Below the pieces are notes generated by a model, which made no database searches, was not told the DNA's origin, and was given only the letters and a program-made list of their open reading frames with translations. Source: Prorocentrum cordatum (Eukaryota). Taken from it: a stretch of 64,000 nt of DNA. This document shows positions 1-12,395 of this stretch, one piece after another. How positions within the stretch are numbered: the first letter of the stretch is position 1; each line of letters starts with the position of its first letter. A program made the position numbers and the translations under genes. Location: the NCBI GenBank assembly GCA_963575745.1, contig CAUYUJ010000002.1, positions 558,001 through 622,000 on the forward strand, read 5' to 3'.

Positions 1-869
1 CTCTGGCGCGGCCTCCGCCGCGCGGCAAGGTATCGGGCGAAGAGAGCTACGCGCATGCACCGATCTTGACAACGTCCATCCTTGACCCATCACTGGCGCA
101 TATATATATATACATATACATATACACACACACCTTCCTGGCAAAGGCAAGAGGGCGTATGCGCAGATCCTGGGCTCAGGATGGGCATGGCCAGAATCGG
201 TGTAGGCGCATAGTTCTCTTTCCTTTAAAGGTAGCAATCCTCGGCGGCGCGCTTGTCGAGCGCCTTGTGAGAAGTTGCGTAATTGTCACTGGCAGACACC
301 GTTGTGCCGAAGCAGATATCGTCGTCGTTCCAGATTTGTCGCTCATCCACGACGTGGATGCACTGGCAGCGTGCGTGGACCTAGCTTTGTTTTTCTTTTG
401 CCTCATCTCGCTCGGCTTGGACGTCGCCACGAAAACGCGCCTGGTCGTTGCCTGCGGCCACCGCCTGGGCGCCGCCACGAAAACGCACCCGGTTGTTCCC
501 CGCGGCCGCCCAGACAGAATTCCACTCCGTCATCGCGCGAGCCACGCTCCAGCAAACAAGCGCCAGGAGGTAATTTATCCCGGGCCAGGCTTCGTCGCGC
601 AGCATGTGGAAGTTCGGGCGGCAGCGAGGCGCGCGGCTCGCAGAACGGGATCAAAACTCGCGGCGCCCGAAGCGCCCCTCTGGCAGCGAGCGCGGACGGG
701 GCCCCCGTGCCCACTTGAGGAGTTTGCTCTTTCAAAATCCATGCTTCGCGGGCCCTTGAAATTCGCGAGGCCCCCTGGTCACCAGTAGCTGCGCCGTCGC
801 TGCGGGAAGGGCTTTCGCTCTGAGCGATTCGCGCGTTCGCTCTTGCAGACCCCCCCGCCACCAAACAAG

Positions 870-3800
870 TATGGCCCCTTTGCTCTCCTGGGCGGTCTGC
901 GTTACTTTCCTTGGGCGGCTTTGCTTGTTCGGCGTGGTCTCCTTCACTTTTCTGAGTGGTATGCTTTTCTTGCCTGGGTTGTCACCTTTACTTTGTTGGG
1001 TGGTCTGCTTTTCTTGTTGGGTGCTGTCCTTGACTTTCCTGGGTGGTATGTCTTACTTTCCGTGGTCGGCTTTACTTGTTGGCGTGGTCATTCTTGCTTT
1101 CCTGAGTGGTCCGCTTCCTTTTGTTGCGGTGGCCCCCGTTTACTTTTTTGGGTGGCGCGCTTGCCGTTCGGGCGGTGTCCTTGACTTTCCTGGGCGGTCT
1201 GCGTTACTGTCGGTGGTCGGCGCGGCTTGAAGGCGCGGCCCCTTCTTCTTGCCTGAGTGGTCTGCTTCGCCTTGGGGGGTGGTCTCCTGTTCTTGTCGGG
1301 ATGGTTTGCTTTGATTTATGGGTGGCGTCCTTGATATTCCTGGGTGGCCCCCGTTACTTGCTTGGGTGGTCTGTTTAGCTGTTTGGGGTGGTCTCCTTTA
1401 CTTTGTGGGACGGTATGATTGGCTTCTTGGGTGGCGTCCTTGATTTGCCTGGGTGGTCTGCTTTCTTGTCTTTGGTCGGCTTTTCTTTTCGCCGTGGTCT
1501 GGTTTGCCTTCCTGAGTTTCCTGCTTTAGGTTTTGGCGTGGTCTCCATTACTTTCTTGGGTGGCCGGCTGTACTGCTTTGGGGTGGTCCCCTGTACCTGT
1601 TGGGATGGTCTGCTTTACTTTTTGGGTGGCGTTCTTGACTTTCCTGGGTGGTCTGCTTTGCTTTCCGTGGTCGGCTTTACTCGTTGGCTTGGTCTCTTTT
1701 GTTTTCCTGAGTGGCCTGTTTTACTTTTTGGGGTGGTCTCGTTTACTTTTTGGGATGGTCTGCTTTACGTGTTGGGTGGCGCCCTTGGCTTTCCCGGGTG
1801 GTCTGCTTTACCTTCCGTGGTCGGCGTTACTTGTTGGCGCGGTCTCATTTGCTGCTTTCCTGAGTGGTCTGCTTTAGTTGTTGGAGTGATCTCCTGCACG
1901 TTCTGGGATGGTTTGCTTGCGTTTTGCGTGGCGTCCTCGATTTTCTTGGGCGGTCTGCTAGACTTTCGGTGGGCGGCTTTACTTTTTGGCGTGGTCTCTC
2001 TTACCTTCCAGAGTGGTCTGTTTCTTGATCGAAGTGGTCTCATTTACTTTTTCGGGTGGTCTGCTTGACTTTTTGGGTGGCGTCCTTCGCTTTCCTGGGT
2101 GATATGCCTTACTTTCTGTGGTCGGCTTTGCTTGTCGGCATGGTCTCTTGCATGTTCTTGAGTGGTTTGCTTTATTGTTTGGGGTGGTCTCTTTTGCTTT
2201 TTGGGATGGTCTGCTTCACTTCTTTGGGCGGCGCCCATGGCTTTCCTGGGTGGTCTGCTTTGCTTTCCTCGGTCTGCGTTACTTTTCGGCGTGGCCCCTT
2301 TCTTTCCTGACTGGTATGCGTTGCTGTTTGGGGTGGTCTCCTTTACTTGTTGGGGCGGTCTGCTTTACTTTTCTGCGTGGCGTCCGTGGCTTTCCTGCGC
2401 GGTCTGGTTCCCTTTCGGTGGTCGGCGCGGCTTTTTGGCGCGGCCCCATTTTACTCTCCTGGGTGGTCTACTCCACTTTTGGGGGTGGTCTCCTGCACTT
2501 GTTGGGATGGTTTGCTTTGTTCTATGGGTGGCGCCCAGCATCTTCCTGGGTGGTCTGCTTTCCTTTCCGCGGTCGGCCATGCTTCTCGGCGCGCCCCTCC
2601 CCCTTGACTTTCCTGAGTGGTCTGCTTTACTTATTGCGTTTTTGTCGTTTTTACTTGTGGGGTCTGTTTGCATTGCTTTGTGGGTGGCGACCTTGACTTT
2701 CCTGGGTGGTCTGTTTTACGTTCCGTGGTCAGCTTTATTTTTCGGCGTGGTCTCTTTTGCTGATGTCCTGGGTGGCCTGCTTTACTTTTTTGGGTGGTCT
2801 CCTGTACTTTTGGGATGGTCTGGTTTACTTTGTTGGGTGGCGTCCTTGGCTTTCTTGGGCTGCCCGCGGTCGGCTTTGCTCGTTGGTGTGGCCCCCTTTA
2901 CCTTCCTGAGTGGTCTGCTTGTTTTCTCGGCGTGGTCTCCTTTACTTTCCTGAGTGGGGCGCATTGCTATGCGGGGTGGCCTTCTGTATGTTTGGGACGG
3001 CCTGCCTTGCTATTCGTGGTCGGCGTCACTTCTTGGCGGGGTCTCTTTTACTTTACTGAGTGGCCTGCTATGCTTTTCTTGGGGTGGCCCCCCATACTTG
3101 TTGGGGCGGCGTGTTCCACTTTTCCAATGGCGTCCTTGACTTCCCTGGGCGGTCTTCTTTACTCCCCGTGGCCCGCTTTACTTTTGTGATGGTATGCTTT
3201 CCACCTTTTGGGTGGCGCCCTTGACTTTCCTGGGTGGTCCGCTGTATTTTTCGCGGTCCGCTCTGCTTTGCGGCGTGGTCTGGCGTGCTTTCCTGGGTGG
3301 TCTGCTTCATTTCTTCCCGCGACCCCCGTGCTGTTTGGGATTGTCTGCTCGACTTTTTGGGCGGCGCCCTTGGATATCCTGGATGGTATGCTTTACTTTC
3401 TTTGGTCGGCTTTACGTTTTGGCGTGGCCTGGTTTGCTTTCTTGAGTGGCGTCATCCACCTGCCTGGGTGGTCTGCTTTGCCCCCCTTGGTCGGCTTTCC
3501 TTTTCGGCGGGGCCTGGCCCCCCAAGTTGTCTGCTTAGTTTTTCTGGGTGGTCTCCTCCACTTGTTGGGGGGCTCTGCTTTACCTGTTGGTTGGCGCCCT
3601 TGGCTTTCCTGGGTGGTCGGCCTTATCTTCTTTGGTCGGATTTGCTTTTCGGCGTGATCCGGTTTGCCCTCCAGAGTTGTCTGCTTTAGTTTCTTGGTGT
3701 AGTCTCCTTTCCTTGTTGGGGGCGTCTGATTTGCTTTTCCTGTGGCGTCCTTGACTCTCCTGGGTGGTCTGCTTTACTTCCCGTGGTCGCTTATATTGTT

Positions 3801-4195
3801 TGTTGTGATCTCTTGTGATTTCCTGAGTGGCCTTCTACAATGTTTTGGGTTGTCTGCGCAAGTCGATTGGTGGCGTCCTTTGTTTGCGCGGTGGCATGAG
3901 TTGCCTTCCTGAGTGGCCTGCCTGCCCTGCTTCCTTTGGGGTGGTCTCCTTTACTTGTTGGGATGGTCTGCATTGCTTTTTGGGTGGCGCCCTTGACTTT
4001 CCTGGGTGGTCTGCTTTGCTTTCCCTTGTCGGCTTCGCACGTTGGGCGGTCTGCGTACTTGCGCTGGCGTTTTCTTGTTGTTGTTGCGGCGGTCTGATTT
4101 ACATCCCTGAGTGGTCTGCTGTACTTTTTGGGTGGTATCTCCTTTACTTCTCGGGATGGTCTGCTTTACTTGCTGGGCGGCGCGCTTCATTTTTT
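870..4195. repeat. Degenerate G/T-rich satellite: ~21-22 bp subunits in a ~150-bp higher-order unit
   Basis: Landmark CCTTGACTTTCCTGGGTGG and variants recur at about 1029, 1180, 1329, 1633, 1782, 1934, 2083, 2234, 2383 and 2534, mostly ~150 bp apart. Subunits resemble GGTGGTCTGCTTTACTTT. The + strand is very A-poor. Confidence 0.85.
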
Positions 4196-6749
4196 TCGCG
4201 GCCTGCGTTGCAGCCAGCGCGGCTTGCCGACAAGTATCCCAGGTCATTCATCAGGGAATCGGCACCGACCCTGCAGAGAAGCACGCGCCGCGCCCGCGGA
4301 CGCATGGCATTGCCTGCCGAAGCAGTCAGGAAGTCGTCACGACCAAATGAAACTTGGCGCAGCGGGGCTTCGCGCGACGTTCATCGCGCTGTCCGCACGT
4401 CTGCGGCTGCTTGGGCTCGAGCGGAACGACGCCCGCCCGCGCTAGACGATGATGCGATTAACAGTCGTTCGCAGCCTCTGGCGCGATGGCGCCGCGCTGC
4501 CAGGCGCGCCTCCAGCGCGCCAGAGACCGCGATGGGGGCTGCAGAACTGAGGAATGCACCGCGCATCGCCCGAAGATGACAGGGCAGCACTGGACAGTCG
4601 CCAGGTTGGGTGATGTATTGGGCAACGCGCGCGACAAAGTTGGCGCGTTCGTTGCGGGCGGTTTTGTCATCTCCCTGTTTCGCAGGAAAGACATGCGGGT
4701 CGGCACGGCATGCGGCCAATACCTTCGGAACGCAGCTCCTGGCGCGACTGCTGCGCGGTTAGAAATTCTGTCGGTGATATTACTGTGCCGTTGGCGATGG
4801 CCGACGAAATCTTCACTTAAACACTCGTCGACAGCGCTGCCTCGTTTGGGGCGCGCGAGCTCTGCAGAGCGAGCTGACGCATACCAGGGCGCGTGGACTT
4901 CGATTGACGCGGACGAGAGCGGGCGACAGCTACTCGATACCGCGACGAGCACAAGGCCGGCTGGACATACCGCGGCGCGCGGACCAAGGGCGCGAGCGCA
5001 GCCTCTGGCGCGACTCTCGCGCATCATCCGTTCATGAAACCAGCGAGTCGGTGCGCGGGTGGTCAGGAATTCGCGATCTTGATTTCTGGCGCGCGCAATG
5101 ACACGTTCGAGCAGCTTGTGAAGATCTTGCCAACGTACTCGTCGCAGCGGAACCGACGTTCAGGGAAGCAGAGAGAGCGCTGCGCGAGATACGGCATAGG
5201 GCAGGCGCCAGTTACGATCGAGTCAGGTGGTTTGGGCCTTCAAAAACCTACCGTTTCTCAGGTCCCCAGCGTGGCTCGACAGGGGTTTGCCTTCCCCGCG
5301 TTCTGCGCCATGGCTTCCCCCCCCTGCAACGTGCCTCCCCCCATATTGCGCGTCGTCTTCGCCTTCGTTGCCCCCCGCGTTCCCTGCCCCCGTTCCGACG
5401 TCATCCCGCTTCCCCCGCGGCTTCCTTGCTTCGGCTGGTTGCGTCGCCATGTTGATCCCCAGGTCCTTGCGGTGGTTGTTCAAAGCGGAGGGCGCGCGCG
5501 TGCCCGTCGACCAGGAACAGCGGCCCCTGCTCGCTGGCGCGGGGTCCGGATCCGAATCCGGTTTGGCCGACGCGGGCATTGATTCTGTTGGGTCGGCTGA
5601 AGCGGCCCGCGGAGTCGCGGCCGCGGAAATCGCAGCCTCTGGCGCGACGCGCTCGCCAGATGGCGTCGGTGCACCTGGCTGCTTGCGCGACCTCGACGAC
5701 CTGATATGCTTCTGGTTCTTTACCAATCACAAAGAAGCTGTTGGCAGCAAGATTTCGCCGCCGCCACCGCCCCCCGTGCCATGGGGAATAGGGTTTGGAG
5801 GCCCCCGTCGCAGCCTCTGGCGCGGCAGCGTGCTCTGGCAAAACTCACCGCTTTTCCATAATCACATAAACCACCACCGAGGTGCCAGCCATCGTCTCCG
5901 TAGCGGCGCGGGTGATGCACGCAATTATGCGATGGTCGGGCGCCCCCGCCGCGGGCGCCATCTCTCAGCGCTGCCGAGCATGGCGCCACGGAGGCTTATT
6001 TCTGGCTCACGCGCTGAATGAGAGGAGGAAGGGCGTCGCAGGCTTTGTCGCGGGCATCTCATCGCTCGACGCCAAAGCCGCGCACGAACTACGGCAGGCA
6101 GGGGCCTCACAGAGTGATATTCTGCGCGCCCTGGCCTGCTCGTGGGACTTGCTCGAGGGCCCCCCCCCCCGTCGCGCCTGCGTGAACTTCGACGAGCGAT
6201 TGCTGCCCGTGGCTCTTGCGCGCATGGGCGTCAAGGAACAAACGCCTTCGAGGCGCCGCGAAGGACGCGGCATCTGATGCGTTTTTTCGGCGCAGGCGGG
6301 GAGTTCGCGCAGGTGGGCAGGCGTCGGCTTGCAGAGACAGGCCCGCGTCGTGACGTTGGCGCCAAAGGAGTCTGGACTCTGGCGATGATGCGCGGCCTCT
6401 GGCGCGAGCCACCGCGGCGAGTGAGCGGCTGCGGGGGCAGTTGCTTGTTGCGCCAAAGGATCCACCAGTGCGGCATACATAAGCTGAGCAACAAAGCAGA
6501 TGGTCAATCAATGGAGGCGAAGTCGCGCGAAAATAGACGATGCTTCACGCGCAAATGGATCGCGCCTGTCCCAAGAGTAAAACAAAGCACCCATCCGACC
6601 GCTCACAACATTCGCATACCACGCGCACGCATAAACCAGAGCGCTGCCACGCATGAGTCAGAATAGCCGCGATTAGATCGTACTCCTTCGGAAATAGGCA
6701 AGGCCCCCCGAAGGTTAACCAGACCCCGCCCCAAAAGTATACCATGCCA

Positions 6750-6905
6750 TTGACGACGACAGCGGCGACGGCAGCAGAAGGCAGCGAGGACGGCGTTGAC
6801 GGGACCAGTGGCGATTGCGGCGGCGGCGACAGCGGCGGCGGCAGCGACGACGGAGCAGCGACGGCGACGGTGTGCGGCGACGGCGACGGCGACCGACGGC
6901 GACGA
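6750..6905. repeat. (GAC/GGC)n low-complexity tract
   Basis: Direct reading of cgacggcgacggcg runs. Confidence 0.8.
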
Positions 6906-6999
6906 TGCTTATTGTAATGATTGTGGTCTTGGTGGACCAGGCAGCCCCGCGGGCGCGTGTGCACACGGCCGGAGCCATCTCGACACCTGGCAGGGCCCG

Positions 7000-7206
7000 C
7001 TTCGACTCCCCGATCCGATTCGAGTCGATTTCGATGGATTCCGATTCCGATCCGGTCCGGCTTTGGACTCCAATTGGGGTTCCGATTTTTTGTTGGAGGT
7101 GTACTAATCTGCCGATTTCCGCCGTTTCGACTTTTCCCGATTCGGCTGCCGATTTCCGCCGATCCGGTTGATTTCGACCGTCGATCCGACTTATCGATTC
7201 GATTCT
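7000..7206. repeat. Degenerate CCGATT-type short repeats
   Basis: Many ccgatt, tcgatt and ccgatc units. Confidence 0.6.
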
Positions 7207-7231
7207 GGGCTCTCCTGCTTTCGCGCTCCAG

Positions 7232-9283
7232 GGTACAAGCAGTGTCCAGGCGTCCGGGGCTGCCTGCAGTGCTACAGGCCCACCCAAAACATGTTTGGTT
7301 GAGACCGTTGTGCTTCAGAACACAGGCTTTACGTACCAAAAACACGGGCTTCGTTTTATGAGCACTGTTGTTCTAAGGAAATCCCGTGGGAGGCATAAAA
7401 CGACGACGGGACGGCCGGTTCGTGTGCAGAAGGGTTTGGGTGGTGTGACTACCTGGGGGGGGGGGCCGGGGAGTTTGTTGAGGCCAGCCAGGAGGGACTG
7501 CCTGTGCGCAGCCCGAAGCGCTACCGCCCCCCATCCTCTTTCCTTCGCTCTGGGCCGAGTAGTGTCTCAGAGGGGGGCGAGTTGGGACAACGTTAGTTGG
7601 TTTTCTTGCGGGGGGGGTGCTCATCGCCACGGTTAGTCGCAGTTCGGAATCTTGGAGCGACAAAATGCATAAACATGAATTTTCGGTGTTCCGCGCGGAC
7701 TTGTTGCATCGCTGCTGGCCACCCCCCAAGAGGGGATGCAGCGCAGATCCAAGAAATCAGCGACTCCACCTTCTTCAAATCGCCATGCTATTGTCCTCCC
7801 GATATACAATAGCTTCGATTCCGTCCTTTGGAATTCTCTGCTGGCTTGACGTCCCCTCCTGCGTCTTGTCTCTCTTTTTCAGTTCCGGGACCCCTGAAGT
7901 CGGGCGTGTCCCTCTATAGGAGAATATTCAAAAATAGTTCAAACATAGTCTGGGGACGTTGTTTTCAGTATTTTGTTATTTGGGGGCATGTATTAAGTTT
8001 TTTTGTTATCTTTCGCCCCAAATCAGCCTGTAGATGGACATGCCCGACCTAACCCTGTTCACGTGCATGACCGGCGCCTCGTGCTAGGTCGTTTCTGGAC
8101 GGCCTGGGGGCCCGGCGTTTGCCTCCAGCGGCCGAAAAAACGGCGGAGACAACCTATAGTTTGTTGTTCTCAATGCGTCGGAGGTCTGGGCTTGGGTGTC
8201 TCGTCCATGAGTCGTTTTGTTGACGGCCTGGGGGCCCGGCGAGGGCCTCCAGCGGCCGAAAAAACGGCGGAGACAACCTATGAATTGTTCCCCACATCCA
8301 AAGTGGGGTTCTTGTTTTCTCTGGACACCCCGCGCAGGAGCCTCCTCACCTCACCCCCTCTCCTCTTCTGTCTTCGTGCGCTCATTCACTCACTCACTAG
8401 CTCACTCCTTCACTCACTCCTTCACTCACTCACTCACTCACTCACTCACTCACTCACTCACTCACTCACTCACTCATCAGCACTCACATATGATGATGCT
8501 GAGTGTGCGCGTGAGAGAGTGTGATGATCATCATCATCACCAGTCAGTAAGTCAGTCAGTCACTCACTCACTCACTCACTTGCCTTGGGCCTCGTCTGTG
8601 AGTGAATTGCGAGGGAGTCTCAAGCGGGAGCCCCCTCCTTATGGGGCCCGCGGATCATGTTACTAATCCGAGCGGGTCATCCAATTCTTGTAACTGTTGC
8701 CACTTTTGGGCTCTCGCGCTGCCAGAACGCCACTCCCAGGCCACATGGGCCTCGTCTGTGAGTGAATTGCGAGGAAGTCTCAAGCGGGAGCCCCCTCCCT
8801 ATGGGGCCCGCGGATCATGTTACCAATCCGAGCGGGTCATCCAATTCCTGTAATTGTCGCCACTGTTGGGCTCTCGCGCTGTCAGAACGCCATTCCCAGG
8901 CCACATGGGCCTCGTCTGTGAGTGAAGTGCGAGGAAGTCTCAAGCGGGAGCCCCCTCACTATGGGGCCCGCGGATCATGTTACTAATCCGAGCGGGTCGT
9001 CCAATTCTTGTAACTGTCGCACTTTTGGGCTCTCGCGCTGCCAGAACGCCATTCCCAGGCCACATTTTGAATGCCCGGAGCCAACTGTAGGCCATTTCGT
9101 GTTCTTCGTGCTCCCAGAACACCTTTCCCGGGCCACATTCTGAATGTCCGTAGCCAACTGTAGGCCACTTTGTGTTCGTCGTGTTCCCAGAGCGGTATTC
9201 CCGGCACGTATCCCCGCGCCAGGGCGAGAAGAAATATACGCAGAAGAGACAGCCAGGACGCCTCACCAACCACGAGGACGACG
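7232..9283 (+). CDS. Candidate upstream micro-exons of the CCCH gene (7232-7249, 7747-7781, 9253-9283)
   Basis: Each has an AG acceptor and a GC or GT donor. Joined, they read GTSSVQ-IQEISDSTFFKS-QDASPTTRTT in frame with exon 9621. Other boundaries are possible. Confidence 0.3.
7899..8048. mobile_element. MITE family A, copy 1
   Basis: Left end GTCGGGCGTGTCCCTCTATAGG and right end CCTGTAGATGGACATGCCCGAC are inverted repeats around an AT-rich core. Five copies occur in the window. Confidence 0.8.
8089..8281. repeat. Two ~70-bp direct repeats
   Basis: gacggcctggggg...cagcggccgaaaaaacggcggagacaacctat at about 8089-8158 and 8212-8281. Confidence 0.75.
8385..8580. repeat. (CACT)n microsatellite, interrupted
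   Basis: Direct reading. Confidence 0.9.
8586..9065. repeat. Tandem repeat, 3 x 160 bp
   Basis: tgggcctcgtctgtgagtgaa starts at 8586, 8746 and 8906. Two ~73-bp related units follow, to ~9200. Confidence 0.92.
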
Positions 9284-9431
9284 GTGAGGGCTTTTTCCAG
9301 ATTTGCCCAGTGGATTCTCATGCGGGGTCCTTCCGTCGGAGTAATTTGCAATACGTTGGAGGTCTGTGCTTGGCGCTCCTGATGGCAGCGCGTCGACTGC
9401 ATACGCCCCCCCATCCTCCTGCTCGTCTTAT

Positions 9432-9589
9432 GTCGGGTGTGTCCCCGTACAGGAGGAATAGTCCAAACGAGTCAAAAAAAAGGGACGATTTTCTGCCTAT
9501 TCTTGATTATGTTTGATTCTTATCTTTCTATGTATATATATATATATACACATTTCGCCCAGAGTCCGCCTGCATGGGACATGCCCGAC
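9432..9589. mobile_element. MITE family A, copy 2
   Basis: GTCGGGTGTGTCCCCGTACAGG ... CCTGCATGGGACATGCCCGAC. Confidence 0.8.
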
Positions 9590-9620
9590 CGAATGCTCGT
9601 CCTCGAGCCCCCCCCTGCAG

Positions 9621-9703
9621 GAGGGCGAGCTGGGCAGCGAAGAGCAAAACGGCCGCGGGCTCGCCTCGGCGGGATCCGCGCTGCATCACCTCCGGCAGTG
9701 CAG
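9621..9703 (+). CDS. Exon of CCCH (C3H1) zinc-finger protein: EGELGSEEQNGRGLASAGSALHHLRQC(R)
   Basis: CAG|G acceptor and AG|GC donor. The S-x-G-S-x-x-H...C motif joins in frame (AG+G = Arg) to the zinc-finger exon at 12810. Confidence 0.75.
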
Positions 9704-9804
9704 GCCCGCCGCCGGCCCGCCCGCCGACCGGCCGCCGTCGCTGGCGGCCCGCAAGCACCGAGGACGAGCACCGAGGACGAGCCCCTGGCGGCCCCGCAAG
9801 CACC

Positions 9805-10316
9805 GAGGACGTTGCTCCCGTCGCACTTAAGGACCACATCCCAGAAATAATTTCGAGCACCCAGAAAAGTGCCGAAAGAGTGTCGAAACAGTATCGGACG
9901 AGTGTCTCCCAGGGCCCAGCACGTGAAAATCCTAGAGTTTCGGTGCTTTTTTTGGCGCTCGAAATTCCTTCTGGTGGTCAAGGCTAGAGTAGGTTGGAAC
10001 ATCATAACCACAGGGCTCGCTTCGATGCCACCGAATCAAGCAGTGGCGAAGCGTCTTGGCGTGCCTCCTTGCACGGGGGCGCAATTCGCTCAACGGCAGC
10101 TCCGTTTTGCCTCCTCGCCTTACGATGTTCCAGCCTACTTGAGCCGTGATCACCAGAAATAATCTCGAGCACCAGGAGAGCACCGAAACTGGAGGGTTTT
10201 CACGTGTCGGGCCCCGAGAGGCGATACTCGATCGACACTGTATCGACACTTTCCTGGGTGCTCGACATGAGTTCTGGGATGTGGTCCTTGAGAACGACGG
10301 GAGCAACGTAGTCCTC
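9805..10316. mobile_element. Degenerate foldback element with ~200-bp inverted arms
   Basis: 9805-10007 is the imperfect reverse complement of 10120-10316, e.g. gttgctcccgtcg/cgacgggagcaac and ggaccacatcccagaa/ttctgggatgtggtcc. Confidence 0.75.
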
Positions 10317-10487
10317 GCCATCGCAGTGACTCGGCCTGGCCGCCGGCGCAAGAATAACGTTTTGCCGCGGTCGGCCTCTGGGGGGCCAGGCCGCCCACGA
10401 GCCGTCAGGAAGACGGGAATGCTCGGGGCGAAGAGCCGATCTCCCGGTATCCCGGAGTTCGGAGGCGAGCGAGGGGGGGAAATGAGA

Positions 10488-10612
10488 AGGAGGAGGTCTG
10501 AAGGCGGCGGGACTTGTCAGAAGCCCTCGCGCCTTCTGAGAAGTGTCTTCGGGGAAGGCTTAGGAAACTTCTCAGCAGGCGCGAGGGACTTCCGAACCTT
10601 CTGAGAAGGCCT
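10488..10612. mobile_element. Short palindromic dispersed repeat (family B); second copy 33444-33565
   Basis: cagaagccctcgcgccttc.gagaagtgt...ccttctgagaagg is shared by both copies and is internally inverted. Confidence 0.7.
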
Positions 10613-10701
10613 TCTCCTTCGCCGAGGAGTCGAGGGGTCCAAAAATATCCAGGAGGCGGCGTAGGGAACACGGTCACGACGTATCAGAGATTTGGGGTTG
10701 A

Positions 10702-10856
10702 GTCGGGCGTGCCCCTCTACAGGAGGAATGTTCAAAAATAGTCCAAACAATAGCACGGGGACGAGTGTTTAAAACATTTGTTTGATCAGTTTTGGTATGT
10801 GTTTGAATATTTTTAGTTTTTCCGCCAAGATCTGCCTTTAGGGGGATATGCCCGAC
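10702..10856. mobile_element. MITE family A, copy 3
   Basis: GTCGGGCGTGCCCCTCTACAGG ... GGGGGATATGCCCGAC. Confidence 0.8.
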
Positions 10857-11480
10857 CTAAATCTGGGGAGGAGGAACGGGCCAGACCTCCTCGCGCCACG
10901 AAGAACTCTCGACGGGAGGTTCTTCGCCACCTTCGGCCTCCGGGGGCCTCAGGATGAGCAACCGGTCCCCGGGAGGGGTCCAGGCTCCCCGGGGTCAAGT
11001 CGTGGAACGACCGCGGCGTCGGGGATCTGGGAGGGACACCGCCACCGAGAGCCCCACCGAGGGCTGTGGGGGGGCCAGCCCGTGGGCGGCCGCACGCCCG
11101 AGAGTCGTCCGGCATCGGGTGGCGCTCCCGGGTGCCGCCGCCCACCAGGGGTCGGCGCCCCCGGCCTCCCGACGGACGCACACGTACACGAATCCACGTT
11201 GGGTTCGAGAGTGTGCATTGCGCGAATGTTCGCATCACGCGGACGGTCTCGCGTGTCGGGGGGCCGTGTTCATGTCCATGGTTGGGCGCGTACGTCCTTG
11301 GTGGGCTCCCCATGATGGGTTCTCGGTGGCGGTGGTCCCCGTGTCTCTGCAGGGGTCGACGAGGTGGTGTTTTGGCGATTCCGTGGGCCGTCCTCGGCTC
11401 GACCTCGTTGTGTTGCAGCAGGGGCGGACGGAAGACAAGCCGAGGAGCAACGAGGGCGAAGCAAACATGGAGGACTTGGT

Positions 11481-11659
11481 TAGGGGAACGAAGAATGACA
11501 TAAGCATAGAAACTCGGAGGTCCGCGCTGGACCCCCCTGGCGGCGCCTCAAGCGCCGCCCCTGTCGCGCGAAGCGCGCCAGGGAGGGGGATCCAGCGCCG
11601 ATCCGAGAGATCGCGCGGTTCTCCGAGTTTTTATGTTTATGTCATTCTTCGTTCCCCTA
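11481..11659. mobile_element. MITE family C with ~40-bp TIRs; related copies ~27771-27948 and ~57371-57528
   Basis: TAGGGGAACGAAGAATGACATAAGCATAGAAACTCGGAG and CTCCGAGTTTTTATGTTTATGTCATTCTTCGTTCCCCTA are inverted. TA at both ends is a possible TSD. Confidence 0.8.
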
Positions 11660-11874
11660 ATGGTTTAGGTCGATCCCGGTGTTTTTCCTCGGACAGATCT
11701 CCGACGACACGTGGCGTTCGCAGTCCAGGCGTGTTTCCTCGACGTCGGCACATCGGGGGCCCGCGTTCGGGCCCCCCGGGGCCATGCGGAAGGGATCCGG
11801 GGCGGAAGTGTGGCCCCGGCGAAGGAACCGCTGGGGCCGCGCAATAACAAAGTGATCTCGTCGGATGTCTTGGG

Positions 11875-11910
11875 TCCGTGGTCGTCGTCGTCGTCGTGGT
11901 CGTCGTCGTC

Positions 11911-11951
<41 letters not shown>

Positions 11952-12130
11952 CGTCTTCGTTCATGTTGTCATCGTCGGCCTGTCCGTGGTCGAGGCATGT
12001 TCCGTGGTGGTCGGGGGATCGCGGTCGTCTCCGTCCGTGGCCGTCGTCGTCGTCGTCGTCTGCGATGCCGTCGTCGTCGGCGTCGTCTCGTACTCGTCGT
12101 CGTTGCCGTCCGCGGTGGTGGTCGTCGTTG
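11875..12130. repeat. (GTC)n/(GTGGTC)n tract
   Basis: Direct reading. Confidence 0.85.
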
Positions 12131-12245
12131 CCCTCCTCCAGGAGGAGGAGGAGCCTCTTCGCTGCTCCTTCTCCCCCGCCTACGTCTGAAGTCGTCATCG
12201 GTCAACTTGAAAGCTTCTCCGAGCAATCGCACATGAACTGTTGCA

Positions 12246-12395
12246 GTCGGGCCGAGGTGTAAGATCGAGGTCGGTTCGGTGAGGGTATTCTAGTGTTCTT
12301 CGTGTTTGTTGGATGTTATTGTGCATCCTGTGGATGGTATCCTCGGATGTGTTGTGTATTTTGGCCAGCGGAGGGTCTCATGTTCTTGAGGGTTG
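12246..12395. repeat. Dispersed repeat family E; second copy ~31049-31190
   Basis: gtcgg.ccgaggt.taagatcgaggt.ggttcgg.gagggta...ttcttcgtgt...ttggcc.g.ggagggtc is shared. Confidence 0.75.

Noticed and set aside
843..4350. Many overlapping hydrophobic ORFs that look like membrane proteins
   Set aside because: They are translations of an A-poor satellite, which lacks stop codons in all + frames.
11423..11478. Exon-like segment GRTEDKPRSNEGEANMEDL
   Set aside because: Exons 9703 and 12810 join directly within the conserved C-R-P-C motif, leaving no room for it.
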